Assembly (NCBI GenBank): GCA_002404465.1
Contig: DHJT01000028.1
Span: 14,712 to 78,711 of the forward strand
Origin: Sutterella sp. UBA4713
Lineage (GTDB): Bacteria; Pseudomonadota; Gammaproteobacteria; Burkholderiales; Burkholderiaceae_F
Reading direction: 5' to 3'
DNA: 64,000 bases
Shown here: piece by piece, positions 43,160 to 53,487 of the stretch
Layout: each line of letters starts with the position of its first letter
Numbering within the stretch: the first letter of the stretch is position 1
Translations under genes and position numbers: made by a program
The notes under the pieces: generated by a model
Told to the model about the DNA's origin: nothing
What the model saw: the letters and a program-made list of their open reading frames with translations, nothing else
Databases searched by the model: none

Positions 43160-44047
43160 ATGCATCGTATTTGTCGATTGGCTTTCAAAGAGTACGGAGA
43201 CAAAACACTTCCCACGCTCGTTCTTTTAATGGGGCTCGGGATGCCTTCGGGGGCTTGGCCCGAATCGCTGATTCGTCTGCTCGTACAGCAGGGATTACAT
43301 GTTGTGACGCCAGACAACCGAGATTGCGGGCAAAGCGAGTTTTGTTCGGAAAAGGTTCCTTTTTGGACGCTTATGCGATCGGTTGCTTGGTACGTTTTCG
43401 GAGGGACGGTTCACGCTCCGTACTCGGTCAATGATATGGCAATGGATGTGGAGAACTTGCTAAATGAGCAAAGGCTTGAACGAGTCCATATCGCCGGGTT
43501 CTCTCTGGGCGGCATGATTGCGCAGGCGTTTGCTATTCGAGCACCGCACAGAACGATTTCGCTTTCGTGTATTTCAACAGCTACCGGCAATCCGAGAACC
43601 GGATTCGGACAATTACGGGCGGTGTGTAGCGTGCTTAAAAACTGTTCTCAAACTGAAGATAGCCAAACGCGATATCGCCGATTAACGCAACTTCTGAAAA
43701 CAATCGGGAGCCCGGGTGTTCACTATAGCGATGTTGAGCTGGCTCGCTACATGCAGGTTCTTAAGGAAGGAAATGTCACGCAGCAATCAATCAGGCGTCA
43801 ATTGATGGCGATTCTGGCCGCGGGAGATCGACGTAGCAAACTACGGCAGTTGGTAGTTCCGACGCTGGTTATTCATGGGCAGGCCGATCCCCTTTTGCCC
43901 GTGCAGGCCGGTCAGGAACTTGCTAAGTGTGTTGAGGGTGCAAAACTGATGCGCATTGCCGGTATGGGGCATGACCTTCCGGAATGTTTTATCAAACCGA
44001 TCGGCCAGGCTCTTGCCAAGCACTGCTATAGCGGGGCTTTGCGCTAA
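43160..44047 (+). CDS. alpha/beta fold hydrolase
   Basis: LLMGLG, DNRDCGQS, nucleophile elbow GFSLGG, VIHGQADPL, GMGHDLP. Confidence 0.9.
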   Translation: MHRICRLAFKEYGDKTLPTLVLLMGLGMPSGAWPESLIRLLVQQGLHVVTPDNRDCGQSEFCSEKVPFWTLMRSVAWYVFGGTVHAPYSVNDMAMDVENLLNEQRLERVHIAGFSLGGMIAQAFAIRAPHRTISLSCISTATGNPRTGFGQLRAVCSVLKNCSQTEDSQTRYRRLTQLLKTIGSPGVHYSDVELARYMQVLKEGNVTQQSIRRQLMAILAAGDRRSKLRQLVVPTLVIHGQADPLLPVQAGQELAKCVEGAKLMRIAGMGHDLPECFIKPIGQALAKHCYSGALR

Positions 44048-44574
44048 GAAGTGCGATGTTTTTTTTCGCGAGCTTTTTCCCGACGTAGTTTGGCAAGTTT
44101 TTCGATGGCACGGTTTTTCTTTAGCGGACTCAGATGGTCGATAAAGACGTGACCGTTAAGGTGATCGACTTCGTGCTGAACGCATACAGCCAAAAGGCCT
44201 TCGCAGTCTATAGAAATCGGGTTCCCTTGCAAGTCAAAGGCATCGACATGGACTTTGGACGGACGTTTAATTTTTTCCGTTAAATCAGGGAGCGAAAGGC
44301 AACCCTCTTCCCCTTCAATTAACGTATCGCTTAATGCGGTAACCGTCGGGTTGACAAGGGCAATAAGATGCGACTTTTCATCGGAAATGTCGATGACAAT
44401 CAGTCGGATGCTTTTGCCGACCTGAGGCGCTGCCAGTCCGATTCCCGGGGCGGCGTACATTGTTTCTGCCATATCTGTTGCCAGACGATGCAAAGCCTCG
44501 TTAAATTCGGTTACGGATTCGGAAGGCTTAGCTAGGATTTCGGCAGGATATTGAACAATCGGCAGTACAGCCAC
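44044..44574 (-). CDS. def: peptide deformylase
   Basis: GIGLAAPQ, EGCLS, QHEVDHLNG. Confidence 0.98.
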   Translation of the reverse strand: MAVLPIVQYPAEILAKPSESVTEFNEALHRLATDMAETMYAAPGIGLAAPQVGKSIRLIVIDISDEKSHLIALVNPTVTALSDTLIEGEEGCLSLPDLTEKIKRPSKVHVDAFDLQGNPISIDCEGLLAVCVQHEVDHLNGHVFIDHLSPLKKNRAIEKLAKLRREKAREKKHRTS

Positions 44575-44849
44575 GGTTTTTTCTCCATGAAAAGGGACAA
44601 ATCCCCAAAAATCCTACTATTTTAACGGGTCTGGAGCTGACGTACAGGCAGTGAAAAGTAAGAGATATCGGATTCTGGCAGCGACTAAGTTGAGTGTCAA
44701 AGAGAATTTTCAATTAAAAAACAAAGGTCAAAAAGAAAGAACGCGGCGTTTCTTCTCTTTTCTCGAAAACTCTGATTATTCTATAAAAAAGGAAGACGCC
44801 GATTCAATTGATGAAAATATGAAAAAACCGAGGCGTCTGGAGATCGAGA

Positions 44850-47363
44850 ATGACAAAACTAATTATTGCCGAAAAACCTTCGGTTGCGACGGACATAGCC
44901 CGTGTTTTGGGCGGAATGAAAAAGAAGGGAGATTACTACGAAGGAGGTGACTGGATTGTTGCCAACGCGTTAGGCCATCTTTTGGAATTGGCATGTCCGG
45001 AAAAGTATGAAGTGAAACGCGGCAAGTGGACCTTTGGTCACTTACCTGTTTTGCCACCGACATTTGATTTAAAACCCATTGCGAAGTCCGGCGAAAAACT
45101 CAAGAGTCTGGAACGGTTAATTCGACGGCCAGATGTTGATACCGTCATCAATGCTTGCGATGCCGGACGTGAAGGCGAGCTGATTTTTCGGTACATCATG
45201 CAGGCCGCAAAATCGAAGAAAAAGATTGAACGGCTTTGGTTGCAGTCAATGACGCCGAGCGCCATCAAAGAGGCTTTTTCTCACTTAAGAACCGATGCTG
45301 AAATGACAAAACTGGCTGATGCAGCTCGTTCCCGATCGGAAGCGGACTGGCTTGTCGGCATTAACGGAACAAGGGCCATGACGGCCTTTAACAGTTTGGA
45401 CGGAGGTTTCTTTCTGACGACCGTCGGGCGAGTTCAAACGCCGACGTTGGCCATTGTCGTGCGGCGTGAAAATGAGATAAAAAACTTTAAAGCGCAACCG
45501 TACTGGGAAGTTGAGGCTCAGTTTTCACTTGGGGAAAACTCTTACTCGGGGCGCTGGTTCGATCCGAATTTCACGCGAGATTCCAAGAGGCCGGAACTCA
45601 AGGCAGAGCGGATTTTCGATTGCAAAAAAGCCGATGCGATTTGCGCACGAGTTCGGGGAAAAAGCGGGCTTGTTACTGAAACAAGTAAACGAACAACGAG
45701 TTTGTGCGCGCAACTGTATGATCTGACAAGTTTGCAGAGGGAGGCCAATAATCGATTTGGATTCTCTGCTAAAACGACGCTCTCGATTGCTCAGGCTCTG
45801 TACGAAAAACACAAGGCGTTGACCTATCCGAGAACTGATTCGCGAGTGCTTCCGGAGGACTACATCAAGACCGTTTACAAAACGCTTCAGATGCTTTCGG
45901 ACAACAAGGATGTCGGCTCTTTTGCCGATCGAGTGGTTGCTCAGAAATGGGTACTTCCGACAAGACGCGTTTTCGACAATAACAAGATCAGCGACCACTT
46001 TGCAATCATTCCGACACTCCAGCCGCCGAATGGCGCTCTTACTGAGGCGGAAAGGAAAATTTATGATCTTGTTGTAAGGCGCTTTATTGCTGTTTTCTTT
46101 CCGGCCGCTGAATACAATGTAACGACGCGGATTACGAAAGTCGATCAAGATACCTTTAAGACAGAAGGGAAGGTTTTGGTCCTGCCCGGCTGGATGGAGG
46201 TCTACGGTAAGGCTTCTGTCGGGACAGAGACGATGTTGTGTCCTCTTAACGGGAAGACCGCAGTCAAGACGATTTCCGTCAAGCGAGAGGATTGCCAAAC
46301 AAAACCGCCTGCGCGATACACGGAAGCGACGTTGCTGTCGGCGATGGAAGGCGCCGGTCGGCTTGTCAAAGACGGGGAATTGCGTGACGCGATGGCCGAG
46401 AAAGGTCTCGGAACACCGGCAACGCGTGCGGCCATTATTGAAAATTTGATTGATCAACGATACATTCGACGGGAGGGTCGAGAACTGATTCCGAGCGCTA
46501 AGGCTAAACAATTGTTGACACTTATCGAAGGACTCGGAATCGGCGTTTTATCCAACCCGGCTCTCACTGGCGAGTGGGAATACAAGCTCTCGCAGATTGA
46601 AAAGGGCAAGTTGCAGCGTAGCGACTTTATGCGGGAAATTCGTGAAATGACAACGCATATTGTTGCTGCGGCCAAGCAGTATGAGGGAGATACGGTTCCC
46701 GTCGAGAATCCGGCTCACTTAAAGCACCGTTGCCCGAAATGCGGTGGAGAGATTGTCGAAACATATCGGCGCTATGCATGTACGAACCCTGAGTGTGACT
46801 TTAGCCTTCCCAAGCATCCTGGCGGCAGAACTTTCGAGCCCGAAGAGGTTGAGTCCTTATTGGCGAACGGGTCGGTCGGACCTCTTACGGGGTTTGTCAG
46901 TAAGACGGGGCGTCCTTTTTCTGCAGTTTTAAAACTGACTCCGGAGAAAAAATTAGAGTTCGATTTCGGTCAGGAAGAAAAAGCCGAAGAACAAGAGGAT
47001 CTTTCCGAATTGCCGGTTGTCGGCAAGTGCCCGAAGTGCGGCGGCCGTGTTTTTCAAGGAGCAACGAGCTTTTTTTGCGAGCATACACAGGGAAAACAAA
47101 CGTGCGATTTCCGTTGCGGACGTGTGATTTTGCAACAACCGATTTCGCCTGAAGAATGCAAAAAGATTCTGACTGAAGGAAAGAGTTCTTTGTTGTCTGG
47201 TTTCGTTAGCAATCGGACGCACCGAAAATTTAAGGCTTACTTGGTGCTTGATAAAAAAACCGGGAAAATCGGATTTGAATTCGAACCACGGACCGTGACT
47301 CAAGGCAAACCCGAACGCAAAAAAACGGAAAGAAAAAGCCGGACTGGCAAAACAACAGGCTAA
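44850..47363 (+). CDS. topB: DNA topoisomerase III with C-terminal Zn-ribbon repeats
   Basis: IAEKPSVA, NACDAGREGELIF, GRVQTPTL, TYPRTDS, GLGTPATRA, CPKCGG repeats. Confidence 0.95.
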   Translation: MTKLIIAEKPSVATDIARVLGGMKKKGDYYEGGDWIVANALGHLLELACPEKYEVKRGKWTFGHLPVLPPTFDLKPIAKSGEKLKSLERLIRRPDVDTVINACDAGREGELIFRYIMQAAKSKKKIERLWLQSMTPSAIKEAFSHLRTDAEMTKLADAARSRSEADWLVGINGTRAMTAFNSLDGGFFLTTVGRVQTPTLAIVVRRENEIKNFKAQPYWEVEAQFSLGENSYSGRWFDPNFTRDSKRPELKAERIFDCKKADAICARVRGKSGLVTETSKRTTSLCAQLYDLTSLQREANNRFGFSAKTTLSIAQALYEKHKALTYPRTDSRVLPEDYIKTVYKTLQMLSDNKDVGSFADRVVAQKWVLPTRRVFDNNKISDHFAIIPTLQPPNGALTEAERKIYDLVVRRFIAVFFPAAEYNVTTRITKVDQDTFKTEGKVLVLPGWMEVYGKASVGTETMLCPLNGKTAVKTISVKREDCQTKPPARYTEATLLSAMEGAGRLVKDGELRDAMAEKGLGTPATRAAIIENLIDQRYIRREGRELIPSAKAKQLLTLIEGLGIGVLSNPALTGEWEYKLSQIEKGKLQRSDFMREIREMTTHIVAAAKQYEGDTVPVENPAHLKHRCPKCGGEIVETYRRYACTNPECDFSLPKHPGGRTFEPEEVESLLANGSVGPLTGFVSKTGRPFSAVLKLTPEKKLEFDFGQEEKAEEQEDLSELPVVGKCPKCGGRVFQGATSFFCEHTQGKQTCDFRCGRVILQQPISPEECKKILTEGKSSLLSGFVSNRTHRKFKAYLVLDKKTGKIGFEFEPRTVTQGKPERKKTERKSRTGKTTG

Positions 47364-47536
47364 AGATCAGAGAAAGTTAGGAAAAATCTCTACGGGGAAA
47401 GCTTGCTTGATTTGATGAAGCGCAAGGAACAAGGGTTCTTTTGTCCGACAGAAAGCACATGTTTTTTTCCTTGGTAAACTTTGCGATGTGTCGCGAAGGC
47501 ACGTTTATTCTTCTTTCTTTTATAAAGGATTTTGTC

Positions 47537-48553
47537 GTGAAGCTTAGTGCTCTTACCTGTGCTTTGGTTTTAGCGAGTGCCTCTTGCTATGTGCAGGCCG
47601 GTCCTGTGTTGGATGCGGTTAAGGCTCGCGGTCAAGTGATCTGCGGCGTGAACACGGCAGCCCCCGGTTTTTCTGCGGCGGACTCTCAGGGACGCTGGAC
47701 TGGTTTGGATGTTGATACCTGCCGGGCGACGGCAGCCGCCGTTCTGGGTGACGCTTCCAAAGTCAAATTTGTTCCGCTTTCTTCTCCGCAACGGTTTACC
47801 GCCTTGCAGTCCGGAGAGGTGGATGTCCTGGCAAGAAACACAACGTGGTCTTTGACCCGTGATGCAAGCCTTGGTGTTGTGTTTGCTGCGATTAACTACT
47901 ACGATGGTCAGGGATTTATCGTTCCCAAGAGCTTGAAAGTTACAACGGCAAAGAAACTTAACGGTGCCACTATTTGCGTGCAGTCGGGCACGAGTTCCGT
48001 TCAGGCGCTTGCGGACTATTTTGCAGCTAACAAAATGAAGTACAAGCCGGTGATGTTTGATACGACCGAGGCGACTCAAGGGGCATTCCTTTCCGGGCGT
48101 TGCCAGGTCTACACAACAGACATGAGTGACTTGGCCGGAGCCAGGACTCGAGCTCGCAACCCGAATGACTACGTTATTCTTCCGGAAACTATTTCCAAGG
48201 AACCCTTGGGACCGGCCGTGCGCCGTGGTGATGATGAATGGTTCCAGATTGTGCGTTGGTCTTTTTATACGATGCTTGAGGCAGAGGAAAACAATCTGAC
48301 AAAGGCCAATGTTGACCAAGCACGGGCCACGAGCAAGAATCCGCAGATTATGCGCCTTGTCGGAACCGGAGACGATACCGGTAAATTGCTTGGTCTGGAT
48401 AAGGACTGGTCGTATCGGATTATCAAGCAGGTCGGCAATTACGGTGAGAGTTGGACGGCTAACTTCGGCCCGAAGACACCGCTTAATCTGCCGCGGGCTC
48501 TTAATAATCTCTGGACGCATGGCGGGCTAATGTATGCTCCGCCTATCCGTTAA
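47537..48553 (+). CDS. aapJ: general L-amino acid ABC transporter substrate-binding protein (AapJ/BztA family)
   Basis: Signal peptide, RFTALQSGEVDVLARNTTW, ISKEPLGPAVR, VGNYGE, GGLMYAPPIR; GTG start with an AAGGA RBS. Confidence 0.9.
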   Translation: MKLSALTCALVLASASCYVQAGPVLDAVKARGQVICGVNTAAPGFSAADSQGRWTGLDVDTCRATAAAVLGDASKVKFVPLSSPQRFTALQSGEVDVLARNTTWSLTRDASLGVVFAAINYYDGQGFIVPKSLKVTTAKKLNGATICVQSGTSSVQALADYFAANKMKYKPVMFDTTEATQGAFLSGRCQVYTTDMSDLAGARTRARNPNDYVILPETISKEPLGPAVRRGDDEWFQIVRWSFYTMLEAEENNLTKANVDQARATSKNPQIMRLVGTGDDTGKLLGLDKDWSYRIIKQVGNYGESWTANFGPKTPLNLPRALNNLWTHGGLMYAPPIR

Positions 48554-48575
48554 CGTGTTCTCGTCGAAGAACTAA

Positions 48576-48615
48576 GCCTGCGCAAGCGTTCCTGTTTGCG
48601 CAGGCGTGTTGTTTT
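48576..48615 (+). terminator. stem-loop after aapJ (terminator or mRNA stabiliser)
   Basis: GCCTGCGCAA...TTGCGCAGGC 10-bp stem with a GU-rich tail. Confidence 0.6.
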
Positions 48616-48693
48616 CGGTGAACGGAACAAAGAAGTCGGGTCATAATCGAAAATCTATAATGCCTCTCTTTGCGGGAGGATTAATTCCTTTTT

Positions 48694-49869
48694 ATGTCAA
48701 ATCCAACCGAAGAACGCGTAATCGGAGATGAGGCCTGGCGACGCCGCGAGGCGGCTCGTCGTCGCTCCGAATGGGTTATCCAAGGTGCGGCTATTGTTGT
48801 TGTTGCGGCTTTCGTCTGGATTCTTTCCGAGAACATTTCGGCGAATTTAGCCGCTCGGCACATCCGCAGTGGTTTTGCCTTCTTGTTTAACTCAGCCGGG
48901 TTTGATATCGGCGAGTCTCTTGTGCCTTTCCAATCGACCGATGCCATGTGGCATGCCTTTGTTGCCGGTATGATTAATACGGTACGTGTATCGATTTTCT
49001 CGGTGGGGTCCGCTCTGATTCTCGGAGTTCTTGTCGGTCTGATGCGTTTGGCAGAACACCCGGTTTTAAGAGCGCTGGGAACTGCGCATGTTGAGGTGTA
49101 CCGAAATATTCCGCTAATTATTCAGCTCTTTGCCATTTACTTGGTAATCACCGAATTGCTTCCGACGGCCGGAGAGGCGTTGCACTTCGGTCAGTGGGCT
49201 TTGCTCTCTAAGGCAGGATTGCAGGTGGCCGTACCCCGTGAGGGGACGCTGGCATTAGTCTTCTCGTTCGTCATTGCCGTTTTGGTTTTTTTCTTGGTGC
49301 GTGATCGTTGCCAACGACGCATGACAGAACTGATGGCCTCCCTTTCAGGGTTTGGCGTTGCCGTTCTGGCCTATGCCATTACATGGATTGGATTCGGGAT
49401 TGTGGGCGGTTGGAGTAAGCCCGTTGTTGACGGATTTGCCATCGAGGGGGGTGCGGCTCTCTCCCCTGAATTCTTAGCCCTTTGGCTCGGACTGACGCTT
49501 TTTACGTCTGCCTCGATTGCTGAAATTGTTCGCGCCGGGGTTTTGGCGGTTCCTCGCGGACAGTGGAACGGTGCTCTTTCGCTCGGAATGACGAAGACGC
49601 AGGTTGTCAGTTACATCATTTTTCCACAATCGATGCGTTTAGCGATTCCTCCGCTGGCCAGTCAGTTTATGAATCTGACGAAAAACTCGTCATTAGCTGT
49701 CGTTATCGGCTATCCGGACTTGGTTGCCGTCGGCAACATGTCAATTAATTCAACAGGTCAGGCTCTTGAAGTTATCGTCATTATCATGGCGGTGTATCTT
49801 GTGTTAAATCTGATTATCAGCATTTGCATGAATGCGCTCAATGCGCGCGTTCTTCGGGCTCCTCGGTGA
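48694..49869 (+). CDS. aapQ: amino acid ABC transporter permease (AapQ family)
   Basis: AGFDIGE, RNIPL, AEIVRAG, NLTKNSSLAVVIGYPDL. Confidence 0.9.
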   Translation: MSNPTEERVIGDEAWRRREAARRRSEWVIQGAAIVVVAAFVWILSENISANLAARHIRSGFAFLFNSAGFDIGESLVPFQSTDAMWHAFVAGMINTVRVSIFSVGSALILGVLVGLMRLAEHPVLRALGTAHVEVYRNIPLIIQLFAIYLVITELLPTAGEALHFGQWALLSKAGLQVAVPREGTLALVFSFVIAVLVFFLVRDRCQRRMTELMASLSGFGVAVLAYAITWIGFGIVGGWSKPVVDGFAIEGGAALSPEFLALWLGLTLFTSASIAEIVRAGVLAVPRGQWNGALSLGMTKTQVVSYIIFPQSMRLAIPPLASQFMNLTKNSSLAVVIGYPDLVAVGNMSINSTGQALEVIVIIMAVYLVLNLIISICMNALNARVLRAPR

Positions 49870-49873
49870 CAGT

Positions 49874-50950
49874 ATGAGAAATCAGATCAGTTGGATTTCG
49901 TTCAAAAGTCTGCGTGATCGCTTCTTTTACTCGCGCTTTGCCACGGGCGTGACGCTTGTTGTCGGGTTTTTGCTGTGTATCACGATGTTTTATCTGTTTA
50001 ATTGGGGTGTTACGCAAGCAGTTTTTAACCCGGATCCGGAGGCTTGTTATGCGGCTTCCGGTGCTTGTTGGGGTTTTGTTGCCGAAAAATGGCGACTGAT
50101 CATTTTCGGTCGTTATCCGTATGAGTTGCAGTGGCGTCCGGCTGTTGCCGTTTTCACAATTATTGCCATGCTTGCCGTAACAGCGTGCCCGAGATTTTGG
50201 ACCCGGACGGGAGCCAAGTTGCTTGGCATCGGTTGGGCTGCGGCCTTCTTTGTCTTTTTTACACTGATGCAAGGAGGTCTGTTTGGTCTGTCTCGTATTG
50301 ATTCAGACAACTGGGGCGGTTTACCGCTAACCGTTATCCTGACGCTGCTTGGCATGACAGTTTCCATTCCGATCGGAATCATCCTGGCGCTTGGTCGCCG
50401 TAGTCGCCTGGCCGTGATTCGCAATCTTTCCATCGGATATATTGAATTGGTCCGTGGGGTGCCGCTCATTACCGTGTTGTTTGTTGCGAGCTTTGTTGTT
50501 CCGTTGTTGTTCCCGACGAATGTCCGCATTGATCCGTTCTGGCGCGTTGCCGGTGGCATTATTCTTTTTCAGGCTGCTTACATGGCAGAAACCGTACGCG
50601 GCGGACTGCAGACGATTGCTCGGGGTCAGTTTCTTGCTGCCGATTCTCTGGCGCTTTCGTATTATCAGAAGTATCTTTACGTGATTTTGCCGCAAGCTCT
50701 TGTGGCGGTCATTCCGGCTTTCGTCAATAGTCTCCTTTCAACATTTATGGACACGTCGCTTGTGACGGTTGTTTCCATGCACGATTTAACGGGAAGTTTG
50801 TCATTGGCTTTGGGAGATGCGGTCTGGAGGGATTTTTTCCGTGAAGGTTATATTTTCGTTGCGGCAATTTATTTTTTCTTTAGCTTTCTGATGAGCCGAT
50901 ACAGCCAGTGGCTTGAGGGGCGACTGCAAACTGGAAAACAACGGGACTGA
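49874..50950 (+). CDS. aapM: amino acid ABC transporter permease (AapM family)
   Basis: GACWGF, WGGLPLT, IELVRGVPLITVLF, AETVRGGLQ, MSRYSQWLE. Confidence 0.9.
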   Translation: MRNQISWISFKSLRDRFFYSRFATGVTLVVGFLLCITMFYLFNWGVTQAVFNPDPEACYAASGACWGFVAEKWRLIIFGRYPYELQWRPAVAVFTIIAMLAVTACPRFWTRTGAKLLGIGWAAAFFVFFTLMQGGLFGLSRIDSDNWGGLPLTVILTLLGMTVSIPIGIILALGRRSRLAVIRNLSIGYIELVRGVPLITVLFVASFVVPLLFPTNVRIDPFWRVAGGIILFQAAYMAETVRGGLQTIARGQFLAADSLALSYYQKYLYVILPQALVAVIPAFVNSLLSTFMDTSLVTVVSMHDLTGSLSLALGDAVWRDFFREGYIFVAAIYFFFSFLMSRYSQWLEGRLQTGKQRD

Positions 50951-50955
50951 AGACC

Positions 50956-51417
50956 ATGTCCGAGTATGTTTTAGCATATGAGCATTCTGTGCGGGTACAC
51001 ATGCCGTTTGAGGCGTTTTACCGCGGACTCGAAGATTTTGCGCGACGCCCGCAAGCGTATATCGAGACGATGAAAGCTTGTGCGGTGCTGGAGGAAAAAA
51101 TCGTCGGGACACGTCGCATTTTTCGGCGTAAAGTTGAGTTTGAAAAGTTTTCTTTTGAAGACATCGTGACTCTGAGGCAAGAGGGCGAATTAATCGACCA
51201 AGTTCCTGCCTTCGGTCAGATGGCATCTTCCCTTTATCTTGTGCGTGTTAGAAAGTTATCATCAGACACAATTTGTGTAACCTTTACTTATCGGGAAAGC
51301 GATAAGGTTCGACTCCCCGAAAAGTTAGCCTGTTTGCGGCACCGCGCATGGACTGAAAAAGATCAAAAACTCGTTGAACAGATTCAAAGCACGTTTGGCC
51401 GACAGGCAGAACAATAA
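50956..51417 (+). CDS. DUF1857/AtaL-like (SRPBCC fold) protein
   Basis: YEHSV...YRGL...RPQAYI..., FTYRE, and a C-terminal AWTEKD pattern; family recognised by eye only. Confidence 0.6.
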   Translation: MSEYVLAYEHSVRVHMPFEAFYRGLEDFARRPQAYIETMKACAVLEEKIVGTRRIFRRKVEFEKFSFEDIVTLRQEGELIDQVPAFGQMASSLYLVRVRKLSSDTICVTFTYRESDKVRLPEKLACLRHRAWTEKDQKLVEQIQSTFGRQAEQ

Positions 51418-51434
51418 ATACGTAGGAGTTCGGT

Positions 51435-51725
51435 ATGGGAAAGCAAAAACGTTTGAGAAAAGAACGTGCGCAGAAAGCGACAGACGCATTACTTGCCGAA
51501 GCGCAGCCTTCTCGTCCGAAGTGGTACTACCTTGTGCTTCGCTTGATGAATGTTATTTTTGGCTGTATTGCTATTTCCGTGATTGCCGGTTTCTTGTTCA
51601 AAAAGTTTATTCCGGACAACACGTCTGTCGGACCGGCTCTTATTACGATGGGCTTTTGGGCTGTTTGGATTGTTTACGTCTTTAAGGGAATGAAATTCAA
51701 AGGCGAAAAACCCCCCGAACCGTAA
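51435..51725 (+). CDS. hypothetical 2-TM membrane protein
   Basis: AGGAG RBS, basic N-terminus, two hydrophobic helices. Confidence 0.75.
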   Translation: MGKQKRLRKERAQKATDALLAEAQPSRPKWYYLVLRLMNVIFGCIAISVIAGFLFKKFIPDNTSVGPALITMGFWAVWIVYVFKGMKFKGEKPPEP

Positions 51726-51764
51726 GATTCGGAGGGCAATCAGTCTGAGCTTTGGTCAGGACGG

Positions 51765-53042
51765 TTAGTTTTTCTTACAACTCATGACGGCATTGAGGAG
51801 GATGGCGCCGAATGTCGCCGTTCCGATGCCGCCTAAAGAGAAGCCGCCGAGGTTTAAAGTAAAGTCTCCGCCGCCGAGAATCATTGTAACAGCCGCCACA
51901 ATCAGGTTGCGGTTGTCGCCGAAGTCAACGTGGTTGACAACCCAAATCCGAGCACCTGCTACGGCAATTAAACCGAAGACAACCACGGAGCAACCGCCGA
52001 GCACAGGCTGCGGAATTGTCTGAATCAAAGCGCCGAACTTCGGAGAGAAACCCAAAAGGATGGCAAAGCAAGCGGCTATGACAAAAAGAAGCGTTGAGTA
52101 AACGCGGTTCGCTGCCATTACGCCGATGTTTTCGCCGTAGGTTGTTACACCCGGACCGCCGACGGAACCGGCGAGAATTGTGGCAACACCATCTGAAAAG
52201 AATGCGCGACCCATATAAGGATCGAGGTTTCTTCCCGTCATGGCCGTAACGGCTTTAATGTGCCCGAGGTTTTCGGCAACCAAAATAATGACAACCGGGG
52301 CAATTAGAACAATGGCATTGAGTTGGAAGACCGGAGTTTGGAAGGCGGGCAATCCGAACCAAGCGGCATTGGCAATGATGGAAAAGTCAATGGGTTTTCC
52401 AAGTCCCATGCCGTTTGTTAGTATTGCATAAACAATGTACGCAACGGCTAAGCCGACCAAAATCAACAACTTTTGCATCAGTCCGCGTGTGTAGACGGCG
52501 ACGAGGCCGACACTCAAGACCGTAAACAGGGCCATGCAACCTTCAAATGTTCCTGTGCCGCACCCGTGTACGGCTGTCGGAGCCAAGTTCAAACCGATAA
52601 TCGCCACAATGGAACCCGTGACAACCGGCGGCATGAGTTTTTCAATCCATCGAACGCCGATTGCCATCACAATCAGGCCGACTATGGCGTAAATAATGCC
52701 GCACACGACGATGCCGCCCAAGGCTACGGGGATGTTGGCATTGGCCCCCGATCCGGCGACATAGCCGGTGGCAGCTATCACAACTCCGATGAAGGCGAAG
52801 GATGAACCTAGATAACTGGGAACACGACCCCCGACGATTAAGAAAAACAAGAGCGTTCCGACGCCACTCATTAACACAGCGACGTTCGGATCAAAGCCCA
52901 TCAAAATCGGGGCAAGAATCGTCGATCCGAACATCGCAACGACATGTTGCAAGCCCAGGGCGACCATTTGATTTGCGGGGAGGCGTTCATCGGGAGCGAT
53001 GACGCCGTCGGTTTTGAGTTTCCATTGCGGAAAGTAACTCAT
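51765..53042 (-). CDS. NCS2 nucleobase permease (RutG/UraA-like pyrimidine transporter)
   Basis: GLQHVVAMFG, VPSYLGSSFAF, AENLGH, TTYGENIGVMA. Start at MSYFPQW, preceded by GGAG. Confidence 0.92.
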   Translation of the reverse strand: MSYFPQWKLKTDGVIAPDERLPANQMVALGLQHVVAMFGSTILAPILMGFDPNVAVLMSGVGTLLFFLIVGGRVPSYLGSSFAFIGVVIAATGYVAGSGANANIPVALGGIVVCGIIYAIVGLIVMAIGVRWIEKLMPPVVTGSIVAIIGLNLAPTAVHGCGTGTFEGCMALFTVLSVGLVAVYTRGLMQKLLILVGLAVAYIVYAILTNGMGLGKPIDFSIIANAAWFGLPAFQTPVFQLNAIVLIAPVVIILVAENLGHIKAVTAMTGRNLDPYMGRAFFSDGVATILAGSVGGPGVTTYGENIGVMAANRVYSTLLFVIAACFAILLGFSPKFGALIQTIPQPVLGGCSVVVFGLIAVAGARIWVVNHVDFGDNRNLIVAAVTMILGGGDFTLNLGGFSLGGIGTATFGAILLNAVMSCKKN

Positions 53043-53487
53043 AATGATTTTCTCCATGACAGAAGTCCACCTCGAACGACACTTTCGAGGGCCACTTACT
53101 GAGGCGCAATTGTATTGACAGAGACTTAGGAAGAAAAGAAAAAAGAAAAGATCTTCTGCGTTAGATTAAAAAAGTTGCAAAAACAACAAAGAAGAAGGGT
53201 GACGAAAATCCGCGAATTTCTGGGCCAGGAGAATGCATAAACGTTTGCAATGCGGGTGCGGGCAGCGGCATCAATGGCCTTGCGCGATGTGTTCTGTGCG
53301 TACCCGAGTGCTGTGTGAGTTTTACCCACACATGGGCACGGAGGATCAAAAAAGACGTCTTATCCGTTGCGGCGATATTGTCCGATGGAGGAAAATGGCA
53401 CATTGAATAATGTGTTCAACAAGACAGTCCCTAATGCCTGCTACGCAAAAAGGGACGTTTTTAATTGCGTAACAAGCGTACCGCTAA

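Noticed and set aside
45525..48520. Long antisense ORFs (328 aa within topB, 316 aa within aapJ) and similar shadow ORFs in gatAB, rsmB and trkA
   Set aside because: They are fully nested opposite well-conserved genes, have no recognisable motifs, and are explained by codon bias.
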